A stretch of DNA of 64,000 nucleotides from Mobula hypostoma. Its lineage: Eukaryota. Location of the stretch: the NCBI RefSeq assembly GCF_963921235.1, contig NC_086097.1, positions 103,914,001 through 103,978,000 on the forward strand, given 5' to 3'. Below the pieces are notes generated by a model. The model saw nothing but the letters and a program-made list of their open reading frames with translations. It was not told the origin of the DNA and ran no database searches. Below are positions 23,467-35,671 of the stretch, piece after piece (positions within the stretch are counted from its first letter, which is position 1; every line of letters starts with the position of its first letter). Made by a program: the position numbers and the translations under genes.

Positions 23467-25738
23467 ATCTCCTAATGATTTATACTGCTCTTCTCATCAA
23501 CACAGTAATATTGCTAACGTAAGCACCCCTAGTCTAAATGTTTACTGTTTTTGTTTTTTTTTTTGGAAAATAGAGAATTAATACAAGTAAAGGAAAAGAT
23601 TTGGGTAAGGGATAAAAAATGATAAAATTAAGTAAATAAGTACATAGGGATTGGATAATTATGTTTGGGGGCAGGAGCAATTATAAACAAGTTAGGATAT
23701 AAACACCTACAATGGTTGTTACATAGGCTTACATACAACATTTTGGACCAGAAGAAATGATCCAGAGGAGATATATGGAAACTATTACTAATCCACTATT
23801 ATTACTATTTTTCTTAACAATTAATACCATTACTTAGCTTAATAGATTAGAATTTCCACTGTACATAATTCTCTATTTAAGTGTCTAATTTCTTTTTATA
23901 TCATCTCAATGTGTACTTAAGAATGTATAAATAATTATAGTTGTATACATATAAAAAAATGGAAAAGGTTATACATGTGAAAAAAGTACATGATACTTGT
24001 GAATTCCTTATCCAAATAAAAATAAAATTTAAAAAATAAAAAAAAAGGAAAATAAGTCCAGGACCAGTCTATTGGCTCAGGGTGTCTGACCCTCCACAGG
24101 AGGAGCTGCAAGTTTGATGGCCACAGGCAGGAACGACCTCCCGTGATGCCCAGTGTTGTATCTCGGTGGAATATGGCCGAAGTCCAACAGTAAAAATTTC
24201 AATATGCGGTCTACAAACACGTTCCCCGATCATAATATGACCCGGATTGCACCATCTGTTGTTAACCAGAACAGTAAACCCCCAACTCCTTCACCCTTAC
24301 CGCTCTCAGTGCACTTACGGTCAGCCCAAATGGTCTGGAAGCCGTCCATGGAAAAGTTTTGATCGGGTATGTCCTTGTGCAGCCCCGTTCCAGTGAAACA
24401 CATAACACCGCACTCCCGTAATGTTCTCTGACACCTGGCTAGCGCCGTGAACTCGTCCATTTTATTACCCACCGAACTCCTCTTCTCCATAAGTCTCTGT
24501 TGTTTCGACCCGGTCCTCTTTCCTCGACTTTGTGATCCCCCTCTGCATCCTCTGTGTGTTTTCCTCCAGATTTCAGCAGGGGTGTCCGCTGCTCTGCTCG
24601 TTAAACCGGCCGGCATAAGTGCAAGCAGCTGGTCCCTGGAATAAACAATGCGACCATGCTTCTGTCCTGCTACTGAGACGTGTCAGAATGTAACTATTTC
24701 CAGCGCTAAAAACCCAAATAAAACTCTGTCTACCAGCATGTTAGAGAGGGTGCAGCTTCGACGTGTTACCGTGAAAAAAAATACAAAAAATAACGTAAGG
24801 AAAAAAGTAAGGATACTGATCGGAACGGCTGTAACAGGCTGCATGCACGACTGGCGCATGTCTAACCAATGTTATAAAGTTTTTTGAGGAAGTTTCCAGG
24901 AAAGTGGAAGAAGGCAATGCGGTGGATATTGTCTACATGGACATTAGCAAGGCATTTGACAAGGACCCACATGGGAGATTGGTCAAGAAGATTTAGTCAC
25001 TTGGCATTCAAGATGAGGTAGTAAATTGGATTAGGCAGTGGCTTTGTGGGAGAAGCCAGAGAGTGGTCGTAGATGGTTCCCTCTCTGTGACTAGTGGTGT
25101 TCTGCAGGGATTGGTGCTGGGTCTGTTGTTATTTGTCATCCATGTCAACGATTTGGATGATTATGTGGTTAACTGGATCAGCAAATTTGCAGATGACACC
25201 AAGAGTGGGGGTGCAGTGGACAGTGAGGAAGGCTGGAAAAATGAGCTGAGAAATGGCAGGTGGAATTTAATACAGATGAGTGCAAGGTTTTGCACTCTGG
25301 TAGAACCAACCAGAGTAGGTCTTACACAGTGAACGGTAGGGCACTAAGGAGTGTTGTAGAACAAATGGATCTGGGAATACAGATCCATAATTCGTTAGAA
25401 GTGGTGTCACAGCTAGATAGAGTCCTAAAGAAATCTTTTGGCATATTTGCCTTTATAAATCAAAGTATTATTCACAGGAGATGGGATGTAATGTTGAAAT
25501 TGTATAAGATGTCCGTGAGGCTTAATCTGAAGTCTTGTGTGCAATTTTGGTCATCTGTCTGCAGGAAAGATGAAAATAAAGTTGAAAATGTACAGAGAAA
25601 ATTTACAAGAATGTTGCTGGGTCTAGAGGTTTGGACTTTATCCCTTAGAAAATAGAGGATAGAGAGGAGCTTTGATAGAAATAGAAAATTATGAGGGGTG
25701 TAGATAGGGTAAATACAAGCAGGCTTTTTTCCACTGAG

Positions 25739-25959
25739 CACCAACACGAGGAAATCTGCAGATGCTAGAAATTCAAGCAACACACATAAAAAAAGTGCTA
25801 GTGAATGCAGCATCTATAGGAAGGGGTACAGTTGACGTTTCGGGCCGAGATCCTTCATCAGGACCCTGATGAAGGGTCTCAACCCAAAACATCGACTGTA
25901 CCCCTTCCTATAGATGCTGCCTGGCCTGCTGCATTCACCAGCACTTTTTTTAATGTGTA
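25739..25959. mobile_element. Palindromic Penelope-derived insertion (two inverted terminal-repeat copies)
   Basis: 11-bp TSD tttccactgag (25728-25738, 25960-25970); inverted arms centred at 25863/25864; same family as termini at ~11170-11300 and ~54290-54430. Confidence 0.85.
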
Positions 25960-28900
25960 TTTCCACTGAGGTTGGGTGGGTCTTCAACCAGAGGGCATGG
26001 GTTAAGGGTGAAAGGTGAAAAGTTTAAGGGGAACTTGAGGGGAAACTTCTTCATTCAGAGGGTCGTGAGAGTGTGGAACAAGTGGTGCATGCGAGCTTGA
26101 TTTCAACATTTAAGTGAAGTTTGGAAAGGTACATGGGTGGTAGGGTATGGAGGGTTATGGTTCTGGTGCAGGTGAATAGGAGCAAACAGCTTAAATGGTT
26201 TTAGTATGGACTGGATGAGCCAGAGGGCCTGTTTCTGTGCCCTTTGTGGAAGGGTTAGAGGTGGCAAAGTACCACAGAAATCTCTCCACTTGCTGATTGG
26301 ATCTTTCTATCTGTCTGTTGGTCTATGGAAGGTAGCCAGAGGACAAACTCACTGAGGCACAGAGGAGAAGGCAGAAGACTTGGAAGAAGTGTTGGACCAA
26401 ATGTTGCTCCCAGTACGACACAATGACCTGAGTGGAATGAACTACATGTTGGAGAACCAACTCTGCCACCTCAGCTGCTGATGGAGGTTTGCAAAGGGCA
26501 ATGAAGTGGGTTGCCTTAGACAACCAGTCTACTGTTATCATGATCACCATAGCCCCATTGGAAGCTGGTAAATCTGTGCTGCAATCCATGGCAATGTGGG
26601 ATGAAACTGGCAGGAACTGGTAGGGGGATTTGGACTGGGCACATTGAAGGCAGCCAGCTGGGAACTGACGTACATCTGTAATTGTGGTGGGCTACCAGAA
26701 CCGGCATCACAGGCAAATCAGAATCCATCCTACACCTAGATGGCCAGAGCAGGGTGAGGAGTGGGCCCACTGGAGTGCTTCAGAGCGCACAGCTGCCATC
26801 ACATACATGTGCATTTTCAGGTGTTTGCCAGAGCAAGCTCGTGCTGTAGGGTCTCGTGGATCTGGTTCTCAAGTTCCCATCGATCAGGTGTGATCTGGGA
26901 AGATGGAATGATGAGTGAGGGTCAATCTCCATTTCAGCTGGGTCAAACTGTCACGACAGGGCGTCTGCCTCAGTTTTCTTGGAGCTGGGTCAGTAGGAGA
27001 TGGCCAAATTGAACTGTTCGAAGAGGGCCAGCAAGTCCAATGTGGGTAGAGATGGATCTGAGGTTCTGGGAGTCAGTGCAGATCAGGATGGGCTTGTTGC
27101 TTCCCATCAGCCAGTATCTCCATTCCTCCAAGGCCCTCAATGTCTTCCGTTCTATATGGCACTGCGTAGAGTTGCACTTGGGCCAGCAGAAGGACCAAAG
27201 ATCTGTCTTTCCATCTGATTCTTTCTGGAGAGGATGGCCCTGGAGTTCACATCAGTTGTGTCCACCTCTACCACTAGAGGTCCAGAGGGGTTTGGGAGCT
27301 GTGGTGAAGCTGGAGTTCCCCGAAGGCACGGTCTGCAGGCCCAGAGGGATTTAGGAGCTGTGGTGAAATGCCTCCAGAGTTCCCCGAAGGCATGGTCTGC
27401 AACTACAGAGCAGGATATCCGTAAGGTAGGTGACTTGACTAGGGAGGTGAGAGGAGAAGCAATATGGCTGTAGTTTCTGATAAAACACGATAGAAATGAG
27501 AAAATGCCAAGAAGCACTGTAGCTGTTTGAGGGAGAATGGTCAGGGCCATTCAACAACAGTCCACATTTTCTCCACTATGCCTTGGGATGAAAGGATGTA
27601 ACCCAGGAAGATGACTGGAGTGTGGAAGTGGCAGTAGAGTTTGTTTTCGAGGAAACACAGAAGGACTTAATGGACACGACCAACGTGGTCCTGAAGATCC
27701 TTGGAGAAGATGGGATCTCATTGAGGTAGGTGATCACAAACCTGTCTTGGAAGATCTTGTTGCTGAAGGCTTGGAAAACAGCGAGACTGTTGGGAAGTCT
27801 GAAAGACATCACGAAGGATTAGTAGTGGCCAGTGGGTGTTACGAACGTTGTATTCCACTGGCGGATGTGGATCAAGTGTATCAGCTCTGCGGATCAGTTT
27901 GGTGAAGATCTGGGCTCTTCTGAGTGTTTCATGTGCTATACATCAAGGGGAGTGGGTAGTGGTTGTTAATGTTGAGTCCACAGTAGTTCAAACAGCGACA
28001 GAGACCCCTGTCTTTCTTTTTGACAAAGAAGAATCCTGCATCGGCTGGAAACTGGGATGGTCGAATGAAGCGATGATGCAGTGATTCAGCGATGTACTCA
28101 TTCATGGCTTGGGTCTTGGGAGGGGAGAGGGAGAATGCATGACCTCAGTGAGGAATGGTGCCCGGGAGGAGGTTGATCGTGCGACCATGTTGTCTATGAT
28201 GTTAGAGTGTGCTGGTCTCCCTTTTGCTGAAGGTGATAGCTAAGTCATGGTATTCCTGTGGGAATTTGGTGAGGTCAAGGGTTTCCTCATTTCCAGAGAT
28301 TTACAGGGTGAGGTCAGCTGGGGTTGCAGGCAGGTGGGTCCCGAACTCAGCAGGTGACCAGGTGGAGTGAGAGTCGAGAGTAGGGAGCTGGGGGTAACCC
28401 AAGATGAGAGGAGTGTTGGGTGAGTCAATAAGGAGGATTTTCAGTGACCTCTGACGCTCATATTTACAGAACAATGTGCACGCTCTGACCATCCCAGACA
28501 CCCAGGCACACCCATCAATGGCAGTGATACAGAAAGGGCAAGAGATAGGCTCGGTAGGGAATCCAAGCTGCACACAGACTCCAGTTCGGAAAGTTGTCTG
28601 CTACACAGGAATCCAACTGAACCTTCTGTGTGTGCAGGCCTGTCAGGGTATGAAGGAGGAAAGAGGGAGAGAGTCGGTTATGGTGCTGGAACAAGGGGCT
28701 GGGGGGAGATTACCAGATAGGAGGCCCGTTGTCTCTGCCTTTTGGCGCTATTTTCTGGATGCAATGGGCATTTGATGGGTAGGTGATCAGTTTCTCCACA
28801 GTAAGCACACAAGTTGTTCCTCCATTGATGGGGTTAAGGGAACTCTCCCTAACTGCGTGGGTTCTAGAGACTGCCAAGGGTCCTGCAGCCTGAAGTGGTT

Positions 28901-29456
28901 CTGGGAATGGAACTGCGGTCCTGGCTGCTGATCTGGTGATGACCTGTTCCGTAAGACGCTTGTCACACAGAGGGCCAGAGTGATGAGGCTTTCGAGGTCA
29001 GTGGGCATCTCCTGCATAGACAGCTCACCTTTCAAGCATTCTTAGAGGCCGTGATGGTAATGGGCCAGTAGCACTTCAGCACACCGCCATGAGGGACCTG
29101 AATTCCATAGTGTCATCCAGCACTGAGCATGAACCTTGAAGCAGGTGAAGTGTCTAGTCCACTGCCTCAGTTCCACTTCCCAGATGGTCAAACACCCAGT
29201 GCATCTCAGCAGTGCTGCCTCTGCATCTTGTGCTCATGTTGATGGACGACTTCCTTCAGATGAGAAACTCTGCTGGGGCAAACGCTGGTTCAGCCATCTT
29301 GACAGGAAATGTAGAGGAAGCTTGACCCAAATGCAGAGCAGCGGAATGGTTCAATAGTCAATGATAACGTTAATAATAAACTTTAAAATAACAAGCCACA
29401 AGGGGCCAAATACAAGACAGAACAGATACCAAAGACAACAACAACAAGGTAATTGT

Positions 29457-29872
29457 GTCAAAATGTTCAGATATGGCCTAAATGCAGAGAGAGAGAAGCA
29501 CTAAAGTGGGCCAACAGTTCACTGATTTTAACAAGAACTGCTGAAGAATTTAAAGGAAAAGAAAAACAATGAGCGCTAAGCCAACAGAGTCATTAACCAA
29601 AACGCTCAAACTGAAAGTTAAATGCCAACAATGCGGTTGGAAGCAATAACTAATACTGAAGGAATATCGCTCCTTTACAATGTCAATTGAAATAGTAGTC
29701 TTCTTTTCAAGACAAGGATGAGAGTAAGCAGGAAGTGTAAATGTTGCTGCGCTTTTAGTCAAGTCTTAACAAAATGAAGGGAGTTAAATACTAGCATAAT
29801 GAAACAGTAATTAGTTGGAAAGTGCATACTGATGAGTTCATTTGCCAAACCATTTCTGCAGCCTGCCTCACA
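29457..29872. mobile_element. Unclassified insertion, possibly a solo LTR, inside the sushi-like 5' LTR
   Basis: About 400 bp absent from the partner LTR (13058-13364); begins TGTCA; no clear TSD. Confidence 0.35.
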
Positions 29873-30082
29873 GCAGAGTTCGTAGCTGTGGCAACTGAAG
29901 GCTCAGAGTAACTGGTTGAGGCTGGCTAGTTTAGTGAGTGAACAAGGACTGTGGATGCAAGCTGGGTGTAAATAGGCCGCAGGTGATGAGTTGGAAATGA
30001 GTGACAGGTGTCTGGGAGACGCCTGCCTTTGCAGGCCTGACTCCTTTTGAACCCTCTCCAATGTCAACACTTCCCTTCTTAG

Positions 30083-31330
30083 AGGATAAGTTTTCAGAGT
30101 ATTTGGAGGCACATGATAGAAGAGGTCAAAATCAGCATGGTTCCCTTAAGGGAATTCAATGGATGATGCTTTTTCAGAAGGCCTTTGCCATTCTGAGGCT
30201 GCTAAAAAAGATAAGAGCCTATGGCATCACAGGGAAGATATTATCATTGAGAGAAGATTGGCTGACTGGCATAAAGCAAAGAGTGGAATAAAAGGGGCTT
30301 CTCTGGGTTGTTGCTGGTGACTAGTGGCACTCTGCAGTGGTTTTCTCTGCACATTATATATCAATGAGTTGGATGATGAAATTGATGGCTTTAAGGCCAG
30401 ATTCGTGGACTATACAAATACAGGTGGAGGGCAGGTAGTATTGAGGAAGCAGGAAGTCTGCAGAAGAACTTGGACTGATTAGAAGGATGGGCAAAGGAGT
30501 GACAGATGGAACACAATGAAGGGAAGTGCACAGTCATGCACTTTGGTAGAAGGAATAAAGGCATAGACTATTCTCTAAACAGGGAGAAAATTCTGAAATC
30601 AGGGGTGCAAAAGGGCTTGGGAATCCTTGTGCAGGGTTCCCTAAAGGTTAAAAAGGTTAACCTGCAGGTTGAGTTGATTATAAGGAAGGCAAATGCAATG
30701 TTAATAATCATTTTAAGAGGGCTAGAATATAAATGCAAGGGTGTAATGCTGAGGCTTTATAAGGCACTGGTCAGACCGCACTTGAAGTATGGTAAGCAGA
30801 TTTGGACTTCTTCATTAAGAAAAATTGTGTTGGCTTAGGAGAGGGTCCAGAGAAGGATGACAAGAATAATCCTGGGAAACAAAGGGTCAACATACGAGGA
30901 GCATTTGTTGGCTCTGGGTCTGTACTCGCTGGAGTGTAGAAGAATGAGGGGGAATTTCAAAGAAACCTACTGAATCTTGAAAGGCACAGACAGAGTGGAC
31001 AAGGATAGTACGTCTCCTGTAATGGGGGAGTGTAGTTCCAGAGGACACAGCCTCACAACAGAGGGATGTCCCTTTAGAACAGAGATGAGAAATTTCATCA
31101 GTCAGAATGTGGTGAGTCTGTGGAATTCATCACCGTGGATGTCTGTGAGGCCATGTAATTGGATATATTTAAAGCAGAGGCTGATAGGTTCTTGATTAGT
31201 GACTGTGTCAAAGGTTATGGCAAGAAGGCAGGAGAATGGGGTTGTGAGGGATAATAAATCAGTCATGAGCGATGGTGGAGCAGACTGGATGGGCTGAATG
31301 GCCTGATTCTGCTCTTATTTCTTATGGGCT
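30083..31330 (+). mobile_element. CR1 LINE, 5'-truncated and degenerate
   Basis: QNQHGSLKG, FQKAF, LRLYKALVRPHL; tail ctgattctgctcttatttcttatgg. Confidence 0.85.
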
Positions 31331-31704
31331 AATCACACCAGCAGCTATGTTTCAATTGGAGTTTGGGGAGATTTGCTATGTAACCGAAGACTTTAGCAAA
31401 TTTCTATTGATCAAGAAAGCCTCAAGAGGGGCTTGTAAATAGTTGGTTGGTTTAAAGCAAATCTTTTCATGTGCTAACCAACTCAGGACGTAAACCAGAA
31501 TATTTGTACACAGTTTCCAGGAAGATTCCATGAAAATGATGGCAACCATGGCAAGCTTCACTTGGCCTGGTGACATGGGAACACCCAAACCAGCAGTGGG
31601 AGAAGGCCTATGAGTCCCAGAACTGCTCCACCATTCAGGAAGATAAATTGGATCCAATCGTGGTCACAGGACTACTTCCCCAGTCTCTCTCCATACCCCT
31701 GGAT

Positions 31705-32228
31705 TGAGTCATACAACACAGAAACAGGCCCTTCGGTTCAATTTGTCTTTGTCGACCAAGTTGTCTATCTGGGCTAGTCCCACTTCCCCAAGTTTGTCCA
31801 ATATTCCTCTAACTCAGGAGTTCACAACCTTTTTATGTCATGGACCCCTACCGTTAACCAAGGGGTCTGTGACCCCTGCTCTAACCTTTTTATATTCATG
31901 TACCTGCCTTTTAGAGATGGAAATCGTACCCACCTCATTACATCCCACCTCTGTGTAAAAAGGTTTACTGTGTAATGAGAATCTTTTTAAATTGTTCCCT
32001 TCTCTCTTTAACTCTATACCCTCCAGATCCTGACTCTACACTTAGAAAAAGGGATGACCATTCACTCTCATGATTTTACATACCTCTGTAAGGACATCTC
32101 TCAACCTCTTATGCTCCAGGGAAAATATTCCCAACTCAACCAGCCTATTCTTACAACCAAAGTCGTCCAGTCCCAGTGGATCCTTGTGGATTTGTTCTGT
32201 ACAATTTCCAGCTTCATGACATCCTTCC
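31705..32228 (-). mobile_element. CR1 3' fragment, old
   Basis: Minus-strand CR1 tail (catacaacacagaaacaggcccttcgg on +). Confidence 0.6.
31815..31878. mobile_element. 64-bp hAT-Charlie-type MITE
   Basis: Ends caggagttcacaacc ... acccctg; 8-bp TSD ctctaact / ctctaacc. Confidence 0.75.
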
Positions 32229-35200
32229 TGGTCAGGTGTCAGATCTCTTGGTGGGAGAGCATTTTGGAGGTAGTGACTACAACTCTATCTCCTTCACCAT
32301 AGAGCTGGAGAGGGATAGGAGCAGACAAATTGGGAAAACATTTAATTGGGGTAGGGGGAAATATGGTGCAGGAATGGGAGCATAAATTGGGAGCAGATGT
32401 TCTCAGAGAAATGCATGGCAGAAATGTGGCAAATATTCAGGGAACATTTGCGTGGAGTTCTACATAGGTATGTTCCATTGAGACAGAGAAAGGATGGTGG
32501 GGTAAAAGAACCATGGTGTACAAAGGATGTAGAAAATCTAGTTAAGATGAAAAGAAAAGCTTATGAAAGGTTCAAGAAACTAGGTACTGTTAGTGTCACA
32601 ACCACGGATTCCGTAGCACATCAGATACGGCAATTGCACTCGTGAATATGCATGTGTCAGCTAATTATTATTTCATTGTGATGGTATTTAACTGCATTCT
32701 TTCCGTTGTAGTCTTTGTCAAGACTTGAGCAAAGCACAGCAATGCTTTGCTGCCTGCTTGCATTCAGCCTTGCCTGAGAAATTGGACTGTTGAGTCAACT
32801 GACTCTGAAGGTGAGCAGTATTCGTTTTGTATTCGTTATTCCTTTCATCCACAGTGTCGGCTTCATTTTCCATTTGAGAATTTTAGTTAATGGCCTTGTT
32901 TGGCCTAGTATTTATTGTTTCTTTTCCCTCTAACTCTGTTTGCATTAAAGTCTGAACTACCAACCCGCTTCTGTTACTCTCACTCCGCACTTGGGCATAT
33001 CTGAATCCGGTGACAGCAAGACGATGCCAACCAAGCATTTTCAGAGTTAGAGCGACGTTTCACCACTGCCCCATCGTTGCAACACACAGACCCATCTCAG
33101 CCATTCATTGTCAAGGTGGATGCATCCAATGTCGGCATTGGCACTGTCCTCTCTCAGCGCTCATCTGCGGATAGTCGGCCGCACCCATCTGCCTTTCTTT
33201 CCGGTCGCTTGACTCTGGCCAAGAGGAATTACGACATTGCGAACTGCGAGATTCTGGCTGTCAAGGAGGCCCTGGAGGAATGGTGACACTGGCTGGAGGG
33301 GGCAGAGCATCCATTCTTGGTCTGGTCAGATCACAAGAACCTCTCCTACATTCAGGATGCAAAGAGGCTCAACTCTCGCCAAGCCTGGTGGGCTCTCTTC
33401 TTCACCCGGTTCAATTTCATCCTCACATATTGTCCCAGCAGCAAGAATACCAAGGCCAACGCTCTCTCCCAGCAGTTCAACAGTTCTGAGGACAAGCTGA
33501 TCCAGGAGCCCACTCTTCCTCGCTCATGTATTGCTCCAGTGATCTGGGGAATAGAAGCAGAGGTGAGGGCCACCCAACAGTTGGACCCAGGCCCGGATGC
33601 GGGACCTCCCAACCGGCTGTTTGCCCCTGCTCTGGTGTGTTCCAAAGTGTTGGAATGGGGTCACTCCTCCCGTCTGGCTGGACATTCGGGAATTCAACGG
33701 ACTCAGGAGTTTATAAAGAGACAACTTTGGTGGCCATCTATGTCCCCAGATGTCCACGACTTTGTATCTGCCTGTCCCACCTGTGCTTGAAACAAGACAT
33801 CACACCAGCGTCCCGTGGGTCTGTTATGTCCACTGCCTGTGCCCCACCCCCTGGTCCCACCTCTCAGTAGATTTCATCACTGGTCTGTCCCTGTCTAATG
33901 GAAACACCACCACTTTGGTCATTGTGGATCGATTTTCCAAGGCTGCCCACTTCATTGCCCTCCCCAAGCTCCCATCGGCTCGTGAGACTGCCACACTCAT
34001 GGTTCAACATGTGATCAGGCTCCATGGTTTTCCTCAAGATATAGTGTCTGATCGTGGACCACAATTCACTTCCCGTTTTTGCAAGGCTTTCTGCCCTATT
34101 GTAGGAGCTGCGGCCAGCCTCTCGTCTGGCTTCCATCCGCAATCCAATGGCCAGGCTGAGAGTGAACAACCCTTGCCTCTTCCAGCCCCACGTGCTGGAG
34201 CTCCCAGTTGATTTGGGCAGAGATCACCCACAATAACCTCCAGTCGTTCTCCACCAGTATGTCTCCCTTTGAATTCCACAAGGAATTCCAGACCCCGCTC
34301 TTCCCTGATCAGGAGATCAACTAGGAGTTCCTGCTGCTGAACAGCTGATCCAGTGCTACAAACGCACCTGGAGATGAGCCAGGGCTTTTCTGCTGTGCAC
34401 CCAGAAACAGCATTCCCGGCAGGCTGATCGGCTCCATCGACAGGTAAGGCCATTCAAGCCAGGAGAGGAGGTCTGGATGGCATCGAGGGATCTTCCTCTG
34501 AAAGTTGAGAACTAGGAATTGGCACCGCGCTGCGTGGGACTGTTTGTAGTGGAAAAGGCTGTCAACAAGGTGTCCTATAGATTGCCTCTACCAGCATCAC
34601 TGAAGATCCTCCCAGTATTCCATGTTTCCCAGCTCAAGCTGGTTACTACTCTCCCCGGCCTCAGTCACCCCACCTCCCCCTCCTCCCTGCCTGGTAGATG
34701 GTTCTCTCGTCTATACTGTGCAGCGCCTCCTGGCATCTTGCTGGGTACCTGGTAAAGTCCAGTACCTTGTGGACTGGAAAGGGTATGGTCCAGAAGAACA
34801 TACTTGGATCCTGGCAAAGGACCTGTTGGACAAGTCGCTCATCTGGGACTTCCAGTGGACACAGGCCCGTGGCACTTCAGGGGCTGCGCAGCAGATGTGG
34901 TAATTGCGCTTGTGAACATGCACGTGTCAGCTAATAATTATTTCATTGTGATAGTATTTAACTCCATTCTTTCCGTCGTAGTGCTTGTCGAGACTTGAAC
35001 CCAGCACAACAATGCTTTGCTGCCTGCTTGCATTCGACCTTGCCTGAGAAATCAGACTGTAGTGTCAACTGGCTCCGAAGACTAGCGGTATTCGTTTCGT
35101 GTTAGTTATTCTTTTCAGCCGCAGTGTTGGCTTCGTTTTGCATTTCAGAGCTTCAGTTAATGGCCCTAAGTGACCTAGCATTTATTGTTTTCTTTTTCCT

Positions 35201-35670
35201 TCTAATTCTGTTCACATTAAAGTCTGTGAACTATCGACCCGTTTCAGTATCACTCGCTCCACACTTGGGCCATATCTGAACCATGATGACAAATGGAGCT
35301 CTAGGAAATGACAAGGTTGCTAGGAAGGAGCTTGAGAATGGAATTAGGAAAGACAGAAAGGGCCATGAGAAGGCCTTGGTGATCAGGATTAAGGAAAACC
35401 CAAGTATTCTACAAGTATGTGAAGAGCAAGAGGATGAGCAGTATGAGAATAGGACCAATCAGGAGTGAGAGCGGAAACATGTACATGGAGTCGGAGGAGG
35501 TAGCAGAGGTACTTAATGAATATTTTGTTTCAGTATTCACCAAGGGAAAAAACCTTGCCAATTGTGGGTATGATTTACAGCAGACTGAAATGCTTGAGCA
35601 TATAGACATTAAGAAAGAGGATGTACTGGAGCTTTTGTAATCATTAAGTTAAGTCACTGGGACTACATGA
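32229..35670 (+). mobile_element. CR1 ORF2 middle fragment split by the Gypsy element at 32594-35291
   Basis: GEHFGGSDYNSISF...EPWCTK...RFKKLG resumes at 35292 and continues to EVLNEYFVSVFT. Confidence 0.75.
32594..35291 (+). mobile_element. Sushi-like chromoviral Gypsy element lacking gag, protease and RT
   Basis: LTRs 32594-33015 (TG..CA) and ~34890-35291; RNase H ([15 protein letters not shown]), integrase ([14 protein letters not shown]), chromodomain (YLVDWKGYGPEEHTW). Confidence 0.9.
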
Positions 35671-35671
35671 G

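Larger units (their letters stand above)
18203..24046 (+). mobile_element. Full-length L1-clade LINE
   Basis: 13-bp TSD ggaaaataagtcc (18190-18202, 24047-24059); 5'UTR, ORF1, spacer, ORF2, 3'UTR, AATAAA and poly(A). Confidence 0.97.
18035..24857 (-). mobile_element. Rex1/Babar-like LINE, internally deleted, interrupted by L1
   Basis: APE N-terminus NKMDEFTALARCQR..CGVMCFT.TGLH joined to C-terminus RSFLPVAIKL; 3' end tttccctcgggatcaataaagt plus (CTAT)n tail at 18035-18066. Confidence 0.75.
13975..26240 (+). mobile_element. CR1 LINE (ORF1 end plus ORF2), degenerate, interrupted at 15237-17487, 18035-24857 and 25739-25959
   Basis: ORF1 esterase end, APE (GDFNFP, SDHN), RT ([17 protein letters not shown]) and 3' tail are collinear across the insertions. 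Confidence 0.85.
13058..30041 (-). mobile_element. Old sushi-like (chromoviral) Gypsy element split by a ~12.3-kb nested block
   Basis: Related LTRs 13058-13364 and 29300-30041; integrase C-terminus and chromodomain 13365-13970 (KLSSRFIGPFKI); integrase core, RNase H, RT, protease and gag at 26240-29290 (VDWLSKATHFIAL, VVEVDTTD, PNTPLILGYP); flanks rejoin one CR1. Confidence 0.8.
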
